Source of the DNA: Actinomycetota bacterium
GTDB taxonomy: Bacteria; Actinomycetota; Acidimicrobiia; IMCC26256; PALSA-610
Assembly: GCA_005772765.1 (NCBI GenBank)
Contig: SXIR01000051.1
Location: 1 to 62,555, forward strand
Direction of reading: 5' to 3'
DNA length: 62,555 nucleotides
Under the pieces are notes generated by a model, which saw nothing but the letters and a program-made list of their open reading frames with translations, did not search any database and was not told where the DNA came from. Made by a program: the position numbers and the translations under genes. This document shows, piece by piece, positions 1 to 8,695 of this stretch (position 1 is its first letter; each line of letters begins with the position of its first letter).

Positions 1-1419
1 GAAGGCGACGAGCCGGCGTTCACGCAGCCCCGCATGTACGAACTCATCGGAGCGCGACGATCGGTCCGCAAGCTCTACACCGAGGTGCTCGCCAATCGCG
101 GTGACCTGACGCTCGAAGAGTGCGAGGCGGCGCTCGACGATTACAAGCGCAAACTCGAAGACGCGTTCACCGACACGCAGGAACAGCGGGCCGCACAGGG
201 ACCGACCTGGGCCGAGAGCGAGCCGGACCTCGAACCTCGGCTGGTACACGCCTCCGCCGACACCACGGTCGATCGCGGCGTGCTCGACCAGGTGGTGACG
301 GCGCTCACGACGTTCCCCGAGGGGTTCACGGTGCATCCGAAGCTCGCGCGCATCCTCGCGGCTCGTCGCACCGGCTTCGACAACAACCAGGTCGATTGGG
401 CGACCGCCGAGCAGCTCGCGTTGGGCTCGTTGCTGCTCGAAGGAACGCCGGTACGCATGGCGGGCCAAGACATCCGCCGCGGCACGTTCAGCCAGCGCCA
501 TGCGGCGATCATCGACTTCAAGACCGAACACGATCACTTGCCATTGCAACACCTCGGAGCCGACCAAGCACCGTTCATGATCTTCGACTCGGTGCTGTCG
601 GAGTACGCCGCGCTTGGATTCGAGTACGGCTACTCGATCGCCGACCGCGAGGCCCTCGTCGTGTGGGAAGCGCAGTTTGGTGACTTCGCCAACGTGGCGC
701 AGGCAATCATCGACCAGTTCATTGTCGCCGCCGAGGACAAGTGGGGTCAGCGCTCAGGACTCGTCCTGCTGCTCCCCCACGGCTTCGAAGGCCAAGGGCC
801 CGAACACAGTTCAGCGCGCATCGAGCGGTTCTTGACGCTGTGCGCATCGAACAACATGCGGGTCGCGTACCCGTCGACCGCGGCCAACTATTTCCACCTC
901 TTGCGACGTCAGGTCCGCGAACCCGAACGCAAGCCCTTGGTCGTGTTCACGCCGAAGAAATACCTGCGGATGCCGACGGTCGCGTCGCCGGTGACCGCGT
1001 TCACCGACGGGGGATTCCAGCGCCTGCTCGTCGACGGCGGCACCGCCGAACCGACATCGATCAAACGACTCGTCGTCTGCACCGGCAAGATTGGCCACGA
1101 GCTGATCGCCCGCCGAGACGAACTCGGAGCACCGGCCGCGGTCGTGCGCGTCGAACAGCTGTATCCCGTTCCCGAAGCCGAGTTGTCGGCCACCTTGTTG
1201 CGCTACCCCGCGATCGAGTCGGTGGTGTGGGTGCAAGAAGAACCCGAGAACATGGGTGCCCGCATCTTCGCCATGCCATTCATGTATGCACTCGTCCGCA
1301 ACAAGGCCGAGGTCACGTGCATCGCGCGCGACGCCAGCCCGAGTCCGGCGAGTGGCTCCTCGAAGGTCCACGACATCGAACAAGAACGCCTGCTCAACGC
1401 CGCCTTCGCCAACCTGTAA
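1..1419 (+). CDS. sucA: 2-oxoglutarate dehydrogenase E1 component, C-terminal part (5' end lies outside the window)
   Basis: Frame 1 is open from base 1 (EGDEPAFTQPRMYELI...). The translation carries SucA/Kgd C-terminal motifs: GQDIRRGTFSQRHA, WEAQFGDFANVAQAIIDQF, LLLPHGFEGQGPEHSSARIERFL, VWVQEEPENMGA. Confidence 0.9.
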   Translation, partial: EGDEPAFTQPRMYELIGARRSVRKLYTEVLANRGDLTLEECEAALDDYKRKLEDAFTDTQEQRAAQGPTWAESEPDLEPRLVHASADTTVDRGVLDQVVTALTTFPEGFTVHPKLARILAARRTGFDNNQVDWATAEQLALGSLLLEGTPVRMAGQDIRRGTFSQRHAAIIDFKTEHDHLPLQHLGADQAPFMIFDSVLSEYAALGFEYGYSIADREALVVWEAQFGDFANVAQAIIDQFIVAAEDKWGQRSGLVLLLPHGFEGQGPEHSSARIERFLTLCASNNMRVAYPSTAANYFHLLRRQVREPERKPLVVFTPKKYLRMPTVASPVTAFTDGGFQRLLVDGGTAEPTSIKRLVVCTGKIGHELIARRDELGAPAAVVRVEQLYPVPEAELSATLLRYPAIESVVWVQEEPENMGARIFAMPFMYALVRNKAEVTCIARDASPSPASGSSKVHDIEQERLLNAAFANL

Positions 1420-1448
1420 GCGCCGGTCGAGTCCCCGGCCGCAGGCGG

Positions 1449-2345
1449 CTACAACGCGAGGGCGACGGCGGCGAGGCAGCGTTCGATCGCCGCTTCGGTC
1501 GCGTTCGTCATGGGCGCGCGCACGTCGGGGGTGGCGATGCGACCTTGCTTGTGGAGCACGCCCTTCCACACCGCCGGGTTCGGCTCGGCGAAACCCGTGG
1601 TGGTGATGCGCAGCAGCTTCTCGTGGTGGCTGCGGGCGTCGTCGACCTTGCCGGTCAGCGCGCAGTCGATCATGCGCACGAACCGTTCGGTGCACACGTG
1701 CGCGCTCGCCGCGATCGCGCCGGAACCGCCGAACAACATCGTTGCGAGCAAGAACGCGTCTTCGCCGCCCAACACATGGAAATCCGCCGGCTTGTCGCGC
1801 AGGATTTCGAGCGTGTCGGTGTCGAGCCCGCCAACTGCCTGCTTGACGCCGACAACGTTGCGGATCGCCGCGACTTCGAGCATGGCGGACGCGCCGAGCC
1901 CGCGGCCCGTGCGATACGGGACGTTGTAGGCAACCACCGGCACCGGGCTTGCGTTCGCAACCGCCCGGTAATGCTCGACGATCCCCGACTCGCTCGGTCG
2001 GACGTAATAGGGCACGACGACGAGCGCGCTGTTGACCGCCGCAACGTCGGCCAGCGCCGCGGTTGCTGCGATCGTGGTCCGCGTACTGTTCGTCCCGGTA
2101 CCAACCATCAGCTGCGCGTCGCGAGATGCACACGCCTTCGAGCACGTGGCGATGACGGCGACCTTCTCGTCGTGATCGAGGGCTGCGGACTCGCCTGTCG
2201 TCCCCAGCGCCACGATGCCGGCCGCGCCCGCATCGAGATACTCGTGACAGAGCCGTTCAATGGCCTTGACGTCGACCGATCCGTCGCCCGCGAACGGGGT
2301 GATCAGTGGCACCCAGACACCGTGGAGGTCGAGGTCATGCGTCAT
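1449..2345 (-). CDS. dapA: 4-hydroxy-tetrahydrodipicolinate synthase / DapA-family class I aldolase
   Basis: ATG at 2343-2345 (MTHDLDLHGVWVPLITPF). Motifs GTTGES, VVPYY, YNVPYRTG, VGVKQA. The listed ORF extension up to 3140 is Arg/Pro-rich run-on antisense to the TauE gene. Confidence 0.85.
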   Translation of the reverse strand: MTHDLDLHGVWVPLITPFAGDGSVDVKAIERLCHEYLDAGAAGIVALGTTGESAALDHDEKVAVIATCSKACASRDAQLMVGTGTNSTRTTIAATAALADVAAVNSALVVVPYYVRPSESGIVEHYRAVANASPVPVVAYNVPYRTGRGLGASAMLEVAAIRNVVGVKQAVGGLDTDTLEILRDKPADFHVLGGEDAFLLATMLFGGSGAIAASAHVCTERFVRMIDCALTGKVDDARSHHEKLLRITTTGFAEPNPAVWKGVLHKQGRIATPDVRAPMTNATEAAIERCLAAVALAL

Positions 2346-2444
2346 GGAATGATCGTACTCCTGCGTGCAGATTCGTTCCGAAGGCTTTTCTCGTCGGTCC
2401 GACGGAGATCCGCCGGGCGATGTCGACCGATAGCTTCGCACGTC

Positions 2445-3221
2445 GTGTCCTTGGTCGACGTTGCGCTCACCTTGCTGATCGGGGTCGCGACCGGCCTGCT
2501 GTCGAGCAGCGTCGGGGTGGGCGGCGCCGTCATCTCGACGCCGGGGATCCGGATGCTCGGTGCAACCCCGCTCGAAGGCGTCGGTTCGACGCTGCCATCG
2601 ATTCTCCCGTCGGCCATCACCGGGACCCGCCGATACTGGCGCGAGGGCCTGGTGTACCGACCGGTCGTCGCCAAGGTTGCGCCGTGGGGCGCCTTGGCTG
2701 GCATCGCTGGCGCAATGGCATCGGTGCGGATCCCGGGCCGAGGACACGTGCAGATGATCCTGTCGGCGCTGCTGGTGCTGTTCACGGCTTGGCGAACGTC
2801 TCGCCCTGCATCGGCCGGCGCGCAAACCGCGACCGCCGAATCGCACTTCGAGTGGTGGCGATGCGCCGTCATTGGCATCGGCGCAGGAGGACTGTCGGGA
2901 TTCCTCGGCGTCGGTGGCGGCATCTTGATGGTGCCCGCGTTTCGCAGCTGGCTGCGGCTCGATCTCAAGGTCACCGTGGCGACCTCCTTGGCGTGCGTCG
3001 GTCTGCTCGCCATCCCGAGCATGATCACCCACACGCTCGAAGGCACCGTCAACTGGGCCTTCGCTGTCCCGTTGAGCATCGGCGTGATTCCCGGCGCGCA
3101 TCTCGGGTCGCGTTGGGCCGTCGGCGCCAGTGACCGTCACCTTCGTTTGTGGATCGGCGTCGGCCTCGGTGTCATCGGACTCGGGTATCTCGGCGCCGAA
3201 CTGCTCACGCTGGCGACGTGA
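2445..3221 (+). CDS. TauE/SafE-family sulfite/anion exporter (membrane protein)
   Basis: This is the C-terminal 258 aa of ORF 741..3221. It has multiple TM helices and the duplicated GVGGG motif (SSSVGVGGAVISTP; GFLGVGGGILMVP). A GTG at 2445 is the first plausible start after the divergent dapA; the start is uncertain. Confidence 0.75.
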   Translation: MSLVDVALTLLIGVATGLLSSSVGVGGAVISTPGIRMLGATPLEGVGSTLPSILPSAITGTRRYWREGLVYRPVVAKVAPWGALAGIAGAMASVRIPGRGHVQMILSALLVLFTAWRTSRPASAGAQTATAESHFEWWRCAVIGIGAGGLSGFLGVGGGILMVPAFRSWLRLDLKVTVATSLACVGLLAIPSMITHTLEGTVNWAFAVPLSIGVIPGAHLGSRWAVGASDRHLRLWIGVGLGVIGLGYLGAELLTLAT

Positions 3222-3231
3222 GGCGCGACCC

Positions 3232-3258
3232 AGGTCCGAAGCGCGTGGCTTCGGACCT
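3232..3258. terminator. Perfect 11-bp stem / 5-nt loop hairpin between convergent genes (bidirectional terminator candidate)
   Basis: AGGTCCGAAGC-gcgtg-GCTTCGGACCT. It lies 11 nt after the TauE stop and overlaps the UDG stop codon at 3258-3260. Confidence 0.6.
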
Positions 3259-3971
3259 CAGCGGGCCGGTCCGGAGGCGGCCACGACGAGCGCGCGCTGG
3301 AACACCGCGTCGAGCATCGGTTCGGTCAACCGGCCGGTGAACGTGTTCTGCTGGCTCGGGTGGAACGAACCGACGATCGTGTACCGGCCGGCAGCCTGTT
3401 CGACCAGATGGGCAAACTTCGCCCGGCGATGAGAAAGCGGTTCGCCCATCGAGCGCAGGGTCGTCCACGCCGCGTCGTAGGCGAAGCTGCCCAGCACCAC
3501 AAGCACCCGGACGTCGCGCAACGCGTCGAGTTCGGTCACGAGAAAGGGTCGACACGTATCGCGTTCTTCCGGAGTTGGCTTGTTGGCTGGAGGCGCACAA
3601 CGGACTGCAGCCAACACGTACGCGTCGTCGAGTTCGAGTCCGTCGTCACGATCGATGGACAGCGGCTGGTTGGCCAGTCCGCACCGATGCATCGACGCGA
3701 ACAGAAAATCGCCGGATCGATCGCCGGTGAAGACCCGTCCGGTTCGGTTGGCGCCGTGCGCCGCCGGAGCCAGGCCGACGACCGCGATCCGTGCTGCTGG
3801 GTCACCGAACCCCGGAACCGGACGCCCCCAGTAGTCGTCATCACGAAATGCCGCGCGTTTCTCGAGCGCAACTTGCTCTCGCCACTCCACGAGGCGGGGG
3901 CATTGGCGACAGGCTGAGATCTCGGTCGCCAACGCGGCGAGCCGACGCGAAGTCGAAGTCGGACGCGGCAC
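3258..3971 (-). CDS. Uracil-DNA glycosylase, family 4/5 type (UdgB-like, Fe-S)
   Basis: Motifs ACRQCPRLVEWRE, VVGLAPAAHGANRTGRVFTGDRSGDFLF and a C-terminal HPSQQN. I chose the GTG at 3969-3971. The ORF could extend to the GTG at 4139, but that would overlap the divergent kinase gene by 126 nt. Confidence 0.7.
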   Translation of the reverse strand: MPRPTSTSRRLAALATEISACRQCPRLVEWREQVALEKRAAFRDDDYWGRPVPGFGDPAARIAVVGLAPAAHGANRTGRVFTGDRSGDFLFASMHRCGLANQPLSIDRDDGLELDDAYVLAAVRCAPPANKPTPEERDTCRPFLVTELDALRDVRVLVVLGSFAYDAAWTTLRSMGEPLSHRRAKFAHLVEQAAGRYTIVGSFHPSQQNTFTGRLTEPMLDAVFQRALVVAASGPAR

Positions 3972-4013
3972 GGCTGCGGATCGTACGCTGCGTCGACTGG
4001 AATGAGGTGAGTC

Positions 4014-4949
4014 GTGCGGGTCCTGCTGTTGGTGAACGCAACCGCGTCGTCGGTGACGGCTCGCAAGCGCGTGCTCGTACACAAGACGCTCGCCGCTCAA
4101 CACCAGACCGAGGTCGCCCAGACGACCCGTCGCGGGCACGCCACGAAGCTCGCCCGAGCCGCAGCCAACGACGGCTTCGATGCGGTGTTCGTGCTCGCCG
4201 GCGACGGGACGCTGAACGAAGCCGCAGACGGTCTCGTCGGCACCGGGTGCGCGTTGGGCGCGCTACCGGGCGGCTCGACCAACGTCTACGCGCAGACCCT
4301 GGGCACGCCGGCCGATGTCGTCGGTGCCGCCGACGCGCTCGCGCGCTCGCTGAGTACAGGCAATGTCGTCTCGGTGGGCGTCGGCAACGCCAGCGGCCGC
4401 CGGTTCCTGTTCCACTGCGGCATCGGATTCGACGCAGCCGTGATCCGACGCGTCGAGCGGCACGGTGAACTGAAACGGCTCGCGCCCCATCCGGTCTACG
4501 TCGCGTCGGCGTTTGCGACGTGGTTCCGGCACTTCGATCGCAGCGGCCCAGGTTTCGACATCGAACTCCCCGCACGTGCGGATTGTCCGGCCGAACGCAT
4601 CGAGGGCGTCTACTTCGCCATCGTGTCGAAGACATCGCCGTACACCTACTTGGGTTCCCGCCCGATCCACGTTGCTCCCGAAGCCGGAATCGAACGATCG
4701 ATCGCGTTGACCGCGTTCACTCGCATCGACGTCATCACGCTGTTGGGCGGTGCAGCATCAGCGATGGCGAGCGGGAGGTTCTTGCGGGCACGCCACGGCA
4801 TCGTGCATCGCCACGGTCTCGAGGAACTTCGCGTGCGCAGTCGGAGCGAAGCCAGGTTCCCGTGGCAGGTCGACGGCGATGACCTCGGCGATACGGACGA
4901 ACTCGACATCACCCACGAACCCGCCTGCCTCCGCCTCGTCCTCCCCTGA
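4014..4949 (+). CDS. Diacylglycerol/lipid kinase catalytic-domain protein (YegS/LCB5-like)
   Basis: VLLLVNATASS..., FVLAGDGTLNEAADGL, ALPGGSTNVYAQTLG. GTG start at 4014. Confidence 0.8.
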   Translation: MRVLLLVNATASSVTARKRVLVHKTLAAQHQTEVAQTTRRGHATKLARAAANDGFDAVFVLAGDGTLNEAADGLVGTGCALGALPGGSTNVYAQTLGTPADVVGAADALARSLSTGNVVSVGVGNASGRRFLFHCGIGFDAAVIRRVERHGELKRLAPHPVYVASAFATWFRHFDRSGPGFDIELPARADCPAERIEGVYFAIVSKTSPYTYLGSRPIHVAPEAGIERSIALTAFTRIDVITLLGGAASAMASGRFLRARHGIVHRHGLEELRVRSRSEARFPWQVDGDDLGDTDELDITHEPACLRLVLP

Positions 4950-4952
4950 CTG

Positions 4953-4999
4953 CTGGGGCGTCCTTTCGTTGCGAATACCGCAACAAAAAGACGCCCCAG
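4953..4999. repeat. Palindromic repeat element, copy 1 (hairpin; probable terminator)
   Basis: CTGGGGCGTCCTTTCGTTGCG-aatac-CGCAACAAAAAGACGCCCCAG: 21-nt arms with 2 mismatches. The 43-nt core at 4957-4999 recurs at 5958-6000. Confidence 0.8.
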
Positions 5000-5034
5000 C
5001 GGTGAGTGTCCGAGCCGGGCGACATCATGGGCCG

Positions 5035-5979
5035 ATGAAGGACGAACTCGATCACGCGCTCGCGAACGTCGCGGCGCGGCAACTTGGAATCGTCACATCT
5101 CGACAGCTTCGCCGGATCGGTGTCGACCGCCACGCCGCGCGGCGGCTGATCGGATCCCGGCGTCTCGTGCAAGTACACCCACGCGTGTACGCGTGTGGAG
5201 TCGCCCCGCTGAGTTTCGAACAACGGCTCATGGCCGCGAGTGCCGCCGGCGGCGGTGACTTCGGTGTCGTTTCACACCGTGCGGCGTCCTACCTCGATCG
5301 GCTTCCGGCTGGCGCAGAAATCGTAGAAATCACCCATCGCCGCTGGCGACGCTCCAAGAACGACACGATCATCGTCCACGAGAGCAAGCACCTCACCGAA
5401 CGTGACGTGATGGAACGCGGGCCGCTGCTCGTGACAAAGCCCGCACGGACGATTCTCGATCTCGGTCTCCTCGTCGCTGAGGGCGATCTCGAAGCGGCAT
5501 CGCTCGAACGAACAATTGAAGACGCGATTCGTCGCAACTTGGTATCGCCCGAGTCGATTCTTCGAGCGTGTGAATCTCACGGAGCCCCGATCCGGCGCGG
5601 GGTTCGACACGTCGAAGACGCGCTGCGTCGCTACGAGCCCGCCACCCGCCGGTCCGAGAGCACCGCCGAACTCGAGTTGCTCGCGATCCTGCGCAACGCG
5701 GGTTTCGCCGAGGTCGTCGCCCAGCATCGCGTTGACCTCGAGCGCGGGCGGCACCTGCGACTCGACACCTACCTTCCGAAGCTACGAGTTGCGCCAGAGT
5801 TCGATTCGTACAAGTACCACGGCGGCAGGCATTCCTATATGGCCGGCGCCGAACGGACGCTGCGGCTTGCCGAAGTTGGGATCACCCGCTGGCCAGTCAC
5901 CGACGACGAACTCGACGCCGGGTGCCCGAACCTCCTCTCCGCACTCCATTCCCTCCGGGCGTCCTTTTGTTGCGAATAG
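5035..5979 (+). CDS. AbiEi_N-like wHTH + DUF559 (Vsr-like endonuclease fold) fusion protein
   Basis: ATG at 5035 (MKDELDHALANVAARQLGIVTSRQLRRIGV...HPRVY). The C-terminus ELELLAILRNAGFAEVVAQHRVDL...RLDTYLPKLRVAPEFDSYKYH is typical of DUF559. Confidence 0.75.
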   Translation: MKDELDHALANVAARQLGIVTSRQLRRIGVDRHAARRLIGSRRLVQVHPRVYACGVAPLSFEQRLMAASAAGGGDFGVVSHRAASYLDRLPAGAEIVEITHRRWRRSKNDTIIVHESKHLTERDVMERGPLLVTKPARTILDLGLLVAEGDLEAASLERTIEDAIRRNLVSPESILRACESHGAPIRRGVRHVEDALRRYEPATRRSESTAELELLAILRNAGFAEVVAQHRVDLERGRHLRLDTYLPKLRVAPEFDSYKYHGGRHSYMAGAERTLRLAEVGITRWPVTDDELDAGCPNLLSALHSLRASFCCE

Positions 5980-6000
5980 CGCAACAAAAAGACGCCTCAG
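5957..6000. repeat. Palindromic repeat element, copy 2
   Basis: GGCGTCCTTTTGTTGCGAATAGCGCAACAAAAAGACGCCTCAG is 40/43 identical to 4957-4999, in the same orientation, offset exactly 1001 bp. The TAG stop of the AbiEi/DUF559 gene (5977-5979) sits in its loop. Confidence 0.8.
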
Positions 6001-6701
6001 GAAAGGGCGGCGAGGGCGGTCGTGACGTCGTTGGTGATGAGCGCGTCGACTCCCGCGTGGGCGAAGCGCCGCAACACCTCGGGATCGTCGATGGTCCAGG
6101 AATCGAGACGAACGCCGGCCTCGTGGGCTACAGCGATGCTTGCGTCCAGCTCGCGATCGAGGTTTCCCCAGTCGGGATGCAACCAGTTGTGTCCGCGATC
6201 GACGCAGATCGGCACCATGGTCGCGGGCGAATGACCATGGATCAAGAACGCAGTTTCGAGATTCGCATCCAACGAGCGCACGGCATCGATGTGCGCCAAA
6301 TCGAACGACGAAACGATCACCTGACCGCCGTTCCCGAGCTCACGCACGAGTTCGACCACCGCGGCGGCGACTCGCCCGTCGGGGTCCGGGTCGGAGTCCC
6401 ACGCGCAGCACTTGATCTCGACGTTCACGAGCATGGCTCCCGTCACCGCGAACACCTCGGCCAACGTGGGAATGTCGGGCCGAGCGAGGCGGATCTCGGC
6501 GAAGGCCCGATCCAGCAAGCGCCCGAGCCCGTCGGCCTCGGCATCGTGGTGCACCACGAGCTCGCCGTCGTGGGTGATGTGGACATCGAGTTCCACACCG
6601 TCGGCACCAAGTTCGGCCGCCCGCGCGAACGCCGCGATGGTGTTCTCTGGAGCAACCGCACTCGCTCCTCGATGGGCGACGACGAGCGGACGTTTGACCA
6701 C
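5997..6701 (-). CDS. Glycerophosphodiester phosphodiesterase (GDPD family)
   Basis: [47 protein letters not shown]. Confidence 0.85.
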   Translation of the reverse strand: MVKRPLVVAHRGASAVAPENTIAAFARAAELGADGVELDVHITHDGELVVHHDAEADGLGRLLDRAFAEIRLARPDIPTLAEVFAVTGAMLVNVEIKCCAWDSDPDPDGRVAAAVVELVRELGNGGQVIVSSFDLAHIDAVRSLDANLETAFLIHGHSPATMVPICVDRGHNWLHPDWGNLDRELDASIAVAHEAGVRLDSWTIDDPEVLRRFAHAGVDALITNDVTTALAALS

Positions 6702-6816
6702 GTAGCAAATCTAGGTGCGCGCGGCGCGCGGTCGAGTTCTCGAACCGCAGAGGCCATCCGGTTCGAATTACAAGAACGTGTTTCAGGAGTGCGCGCGAAC
6801 GGCCTGGTCAGACCCC

Positions 6817-6845
6817 TTGCACATGGTGTGCAACCCCCGTATCGT
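6817..6845 (+). promoter_or_regulatory. Candidate whiB promoter with an overlapping perfect palindrome
   Basis: -35 TTGCAC (6817-6822), 17-nt spacer, -10 TATCGT (6840-6845). TTGCACA-tgg-TGTGCAA (6817-6833) is a perfect 7+3+7 inverted repeat. It lies about 85 nt upstream of the whiB ATG. Confidence 0.45.
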
Positions 6846-6930
6846 GCCGCCCGGCGAGGTGCACGGCCGAAGGGGTCGGCACCATCACATCTGGCTCGCA
6901 CGCAGCCAGCACAGCAGGGGGAGAACACAC

Positions 6931-7233
6931 ATGGCACTCACGTGGATCCGCACCCACGACTGGAACGACTCGGATTGGCGTGACCACGCCGTGTGTCGGG
7001 ACATGACTCCCGAGTTGTTCTTCCCCATCGGGTCGACCGGACCCGCGCTCGACCAGATCGAGGTGGCGCGTTCGATCTGCGCTCAGTGCAACGTGACGCG
7101 CGAATGCCTCGAGTTCGCAATCGCGACGAATCAGGAGTCCGGGGTGTGGGGCGGCCTCACCGAGGAAGAGCGTCGGCCGATGCGCCGCGCGTTCCAGTCC
7201 GGCGAACTCACCGTCAGCGTCGCAGGCGCGTAA
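6931..7233 (+). CDS. whiB: WhiB-family Fe-S transcription factor
   Basis: ATG at 6931, preceded by AGGGGGAG. Four Cys (C-x28-C-x2-C-x5-C), a GVWGG turn and a basic tail. Confidence 0.9.
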   Translation: MALTWIRTHDWNDSDWRDHAVCRDMTPELFFPIGSTGPALDQIEVARSICAQCNVTRECLEFAIATNQESGVWGGLTEEERRPMRRAFQSGELTVSVAGA

Positions 7234-7234
7234 C

Positions 7235-8695
7235 TCACACCTCGACGCGAGGCATCTCGACGGGCACCACCAGGCGGACACGGGTGCCGGTGGCATCGTT
7301 GTGCATCTCCATCGTGCCCATGAGTTCGCCCGTGACCAGTGCCTTCACGATCGACAGCCCCAAACCGGTGGCTTCTTCGAGCGAGAAACCGGGCGGGAGT
7401 CCGACCCCGTCGTCGGTGACCTCGAGGATCACGCGGTCGCCATCACGGCCCAAACGCACGTTCACGTGTCCCTCGCTGCGCCCCGTGAAGGCGTGGTCGA
7501 CGGCGTTCTGCATCAGTTCGTTGAGCACGACCGCGAGCGGGGTCGCAACCTCGCCCGGCAGGTCACCGGCGTCGCCGTCGGTCGTGAACCGCAGCGAGAG
7601 ATCGGGCGACGACACGCTCTCTTCGACCACGCGGACCAGCGGACGAACGATCTCGGCGAAGTGCACGACGTCGCCGGCATCACGTGACAGCGTCTCGTGC
7701 ACGATGGCGATCGATCGAATCCGGCGCTCCGACTCGGCCAGCGCCTCTCGAGCTTCGTCACTCGACAACCGTCGCCGTTGCAGGCGCAGCAACGAAGCGA
7801 TCGTCTGCAAATTGTTCTTCACGCGGTGATGGATCTCGCGAATCGTTGCGTCCTTCGACATCAGCATTCGATCTCGACGCCGCAGGTCGGTGACGTCACG
7901 CAACAGAACGATCCCACCGTCGGCGCGGCCGTCGAGCAGCAACGGGATCACGCGCACCATCACCGACACGTCGACTCGCTCGACCTCCTCGACGATCGGA
8001 ATCCGGCCTCGTAGCGACTGGCGGACGGCCGAGTCGTCGAATCCGATCGCCGCCAACGCCATCCCCGACGGGAACACGTGGATCCCGAGTCGGTGGAGCA
8101 CGCTGATCGCGTTCGGGCTGGCGAAACGCACGACGGTTTCGGCGTCGACGACGATCGCACCATCGCCGACCCGAGGCGCGATCTCGAGTTCGTCTTCCTC
8201 GCGATCGAACGGGAACTCACCTGCGGCAACCATGCGGGCGAGCCGTTCGAACACTTCGAGGTAGGTGCGCTCGAGTTCGCCGGGCCGGCGTTGGGCGACC
8301 GGCCAACTCTCGCGGGTGATCAGGCCGATCATCGCACCGTCCGAACGGACCGGTATCACCTGGGCGCGGATTCGTTCTTTCGTGCCGAGCGCGCTGACAT
8401 CGCCCTCGGTCATCTCGCCGGTCCGCCACGCCCGCGTCAGTAGCGGACGTTCGACTTCGTCGACGATCGTGCCGAGCATGTCGGTGGGATACACCGTCTG
8501 ACCGGTCGTCGGGCGAATGTGGCCGAGCACCACGAAGCGATGCCCGTCCTCGCCAGGCAACGGCGCCAAGAACAACAAGTCGGAGAAGGAGAGGTCCGCC
8601 AGCGGCCGCCACGTCGCCAGCAACCGCCGAACGTGAGCCAACGGCTTCCCGTCGAGCGTCGTGCGCGATCGGACCAAGTCGCCAAAGGTGGTCAC
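7235..8695 (-). CDS. pdtaS: PdtaS-type sensor histidine kinase (GAF/PAS + HisKA_2 + HATPase)
   Basis: H-box KDATIREIHHRVKNNLQTIASLLRLQ; ATPase part NELMQNAVDHAF, VTDDGVGLP, GLGLSIV. The GTG start at 8693-8695 overlaps the upstream stop (GTGA). Confidence 0.85.
   Translation of the reverse strand: MTTFGDLVRSRTTLDGKPLAHVRRLLATWRPLADLSFSDLLFLAPLPGEDGHRFVVLGHIRPTTGQTVYPTDMLGTIVDEVERPLLTRAWRTGEMTEGDVSALGTKERIRAQVIPVRSDGAMIGLITRESWPVAQRRPGELERTYLEVFERLARMVAAGEFPFDREEDELEIAPRVGDGAIVVDAETVVRFASPNAISVLHRLGIHVFPSGMALAAIGFDDSAVRQSLRGRIPIVEEVERVDVSVMVRVIPLLLDGRADGGIVLLRDVTDLRRRDRMLMSKDATIREIHHRVKNNLQTIASLLRLQRRRLSSDEAREALAESERRIRSIAIVHETLSRDAGDVVHFAEIVRPLVRVVEESVSSPDLSLRFTTDGDAGDLPGEVATPLAVVLNELMQNAVDHAFTGRSEGHVNVRLGRDGDRVILEVTDDGVGLPPGFSLEEATGLGLSIVKALVTGELMGTMEMHNDATGTRVRLVVPVEMPRVEV

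Noticed and set aside
741-3221. 826-aa ORF, the longest plus-strand ORF at the left end
   Set aside because: Only its last ~258 codons (TauE-like, from 2445) look like protein. The first ~570 codons are Arg/Pro/Gly-rich and exactly antisense to the well-supported sucA 3' end and dapA. This is a typical high-GC open-frame artefact.
5035-5979. AbiEi/AbiEii type IV toxin-antitoxin (abortive infection) pair
   Set aside because: Only the AbiEi-like N-terminal domain is present, fused to DUF559. No AbiEii nucleotidyltransferase toxin gene is adjacent, so I do not call a TA or defence system.
6755-6775. GGTTCGAATT string resembling a tRNA T-arm
   Set aside because: No acceptor stem, anticodon arm or D-arm can be drawn from the flanking sequence. 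It lies in the GDPD/whiB divergent promoter region.
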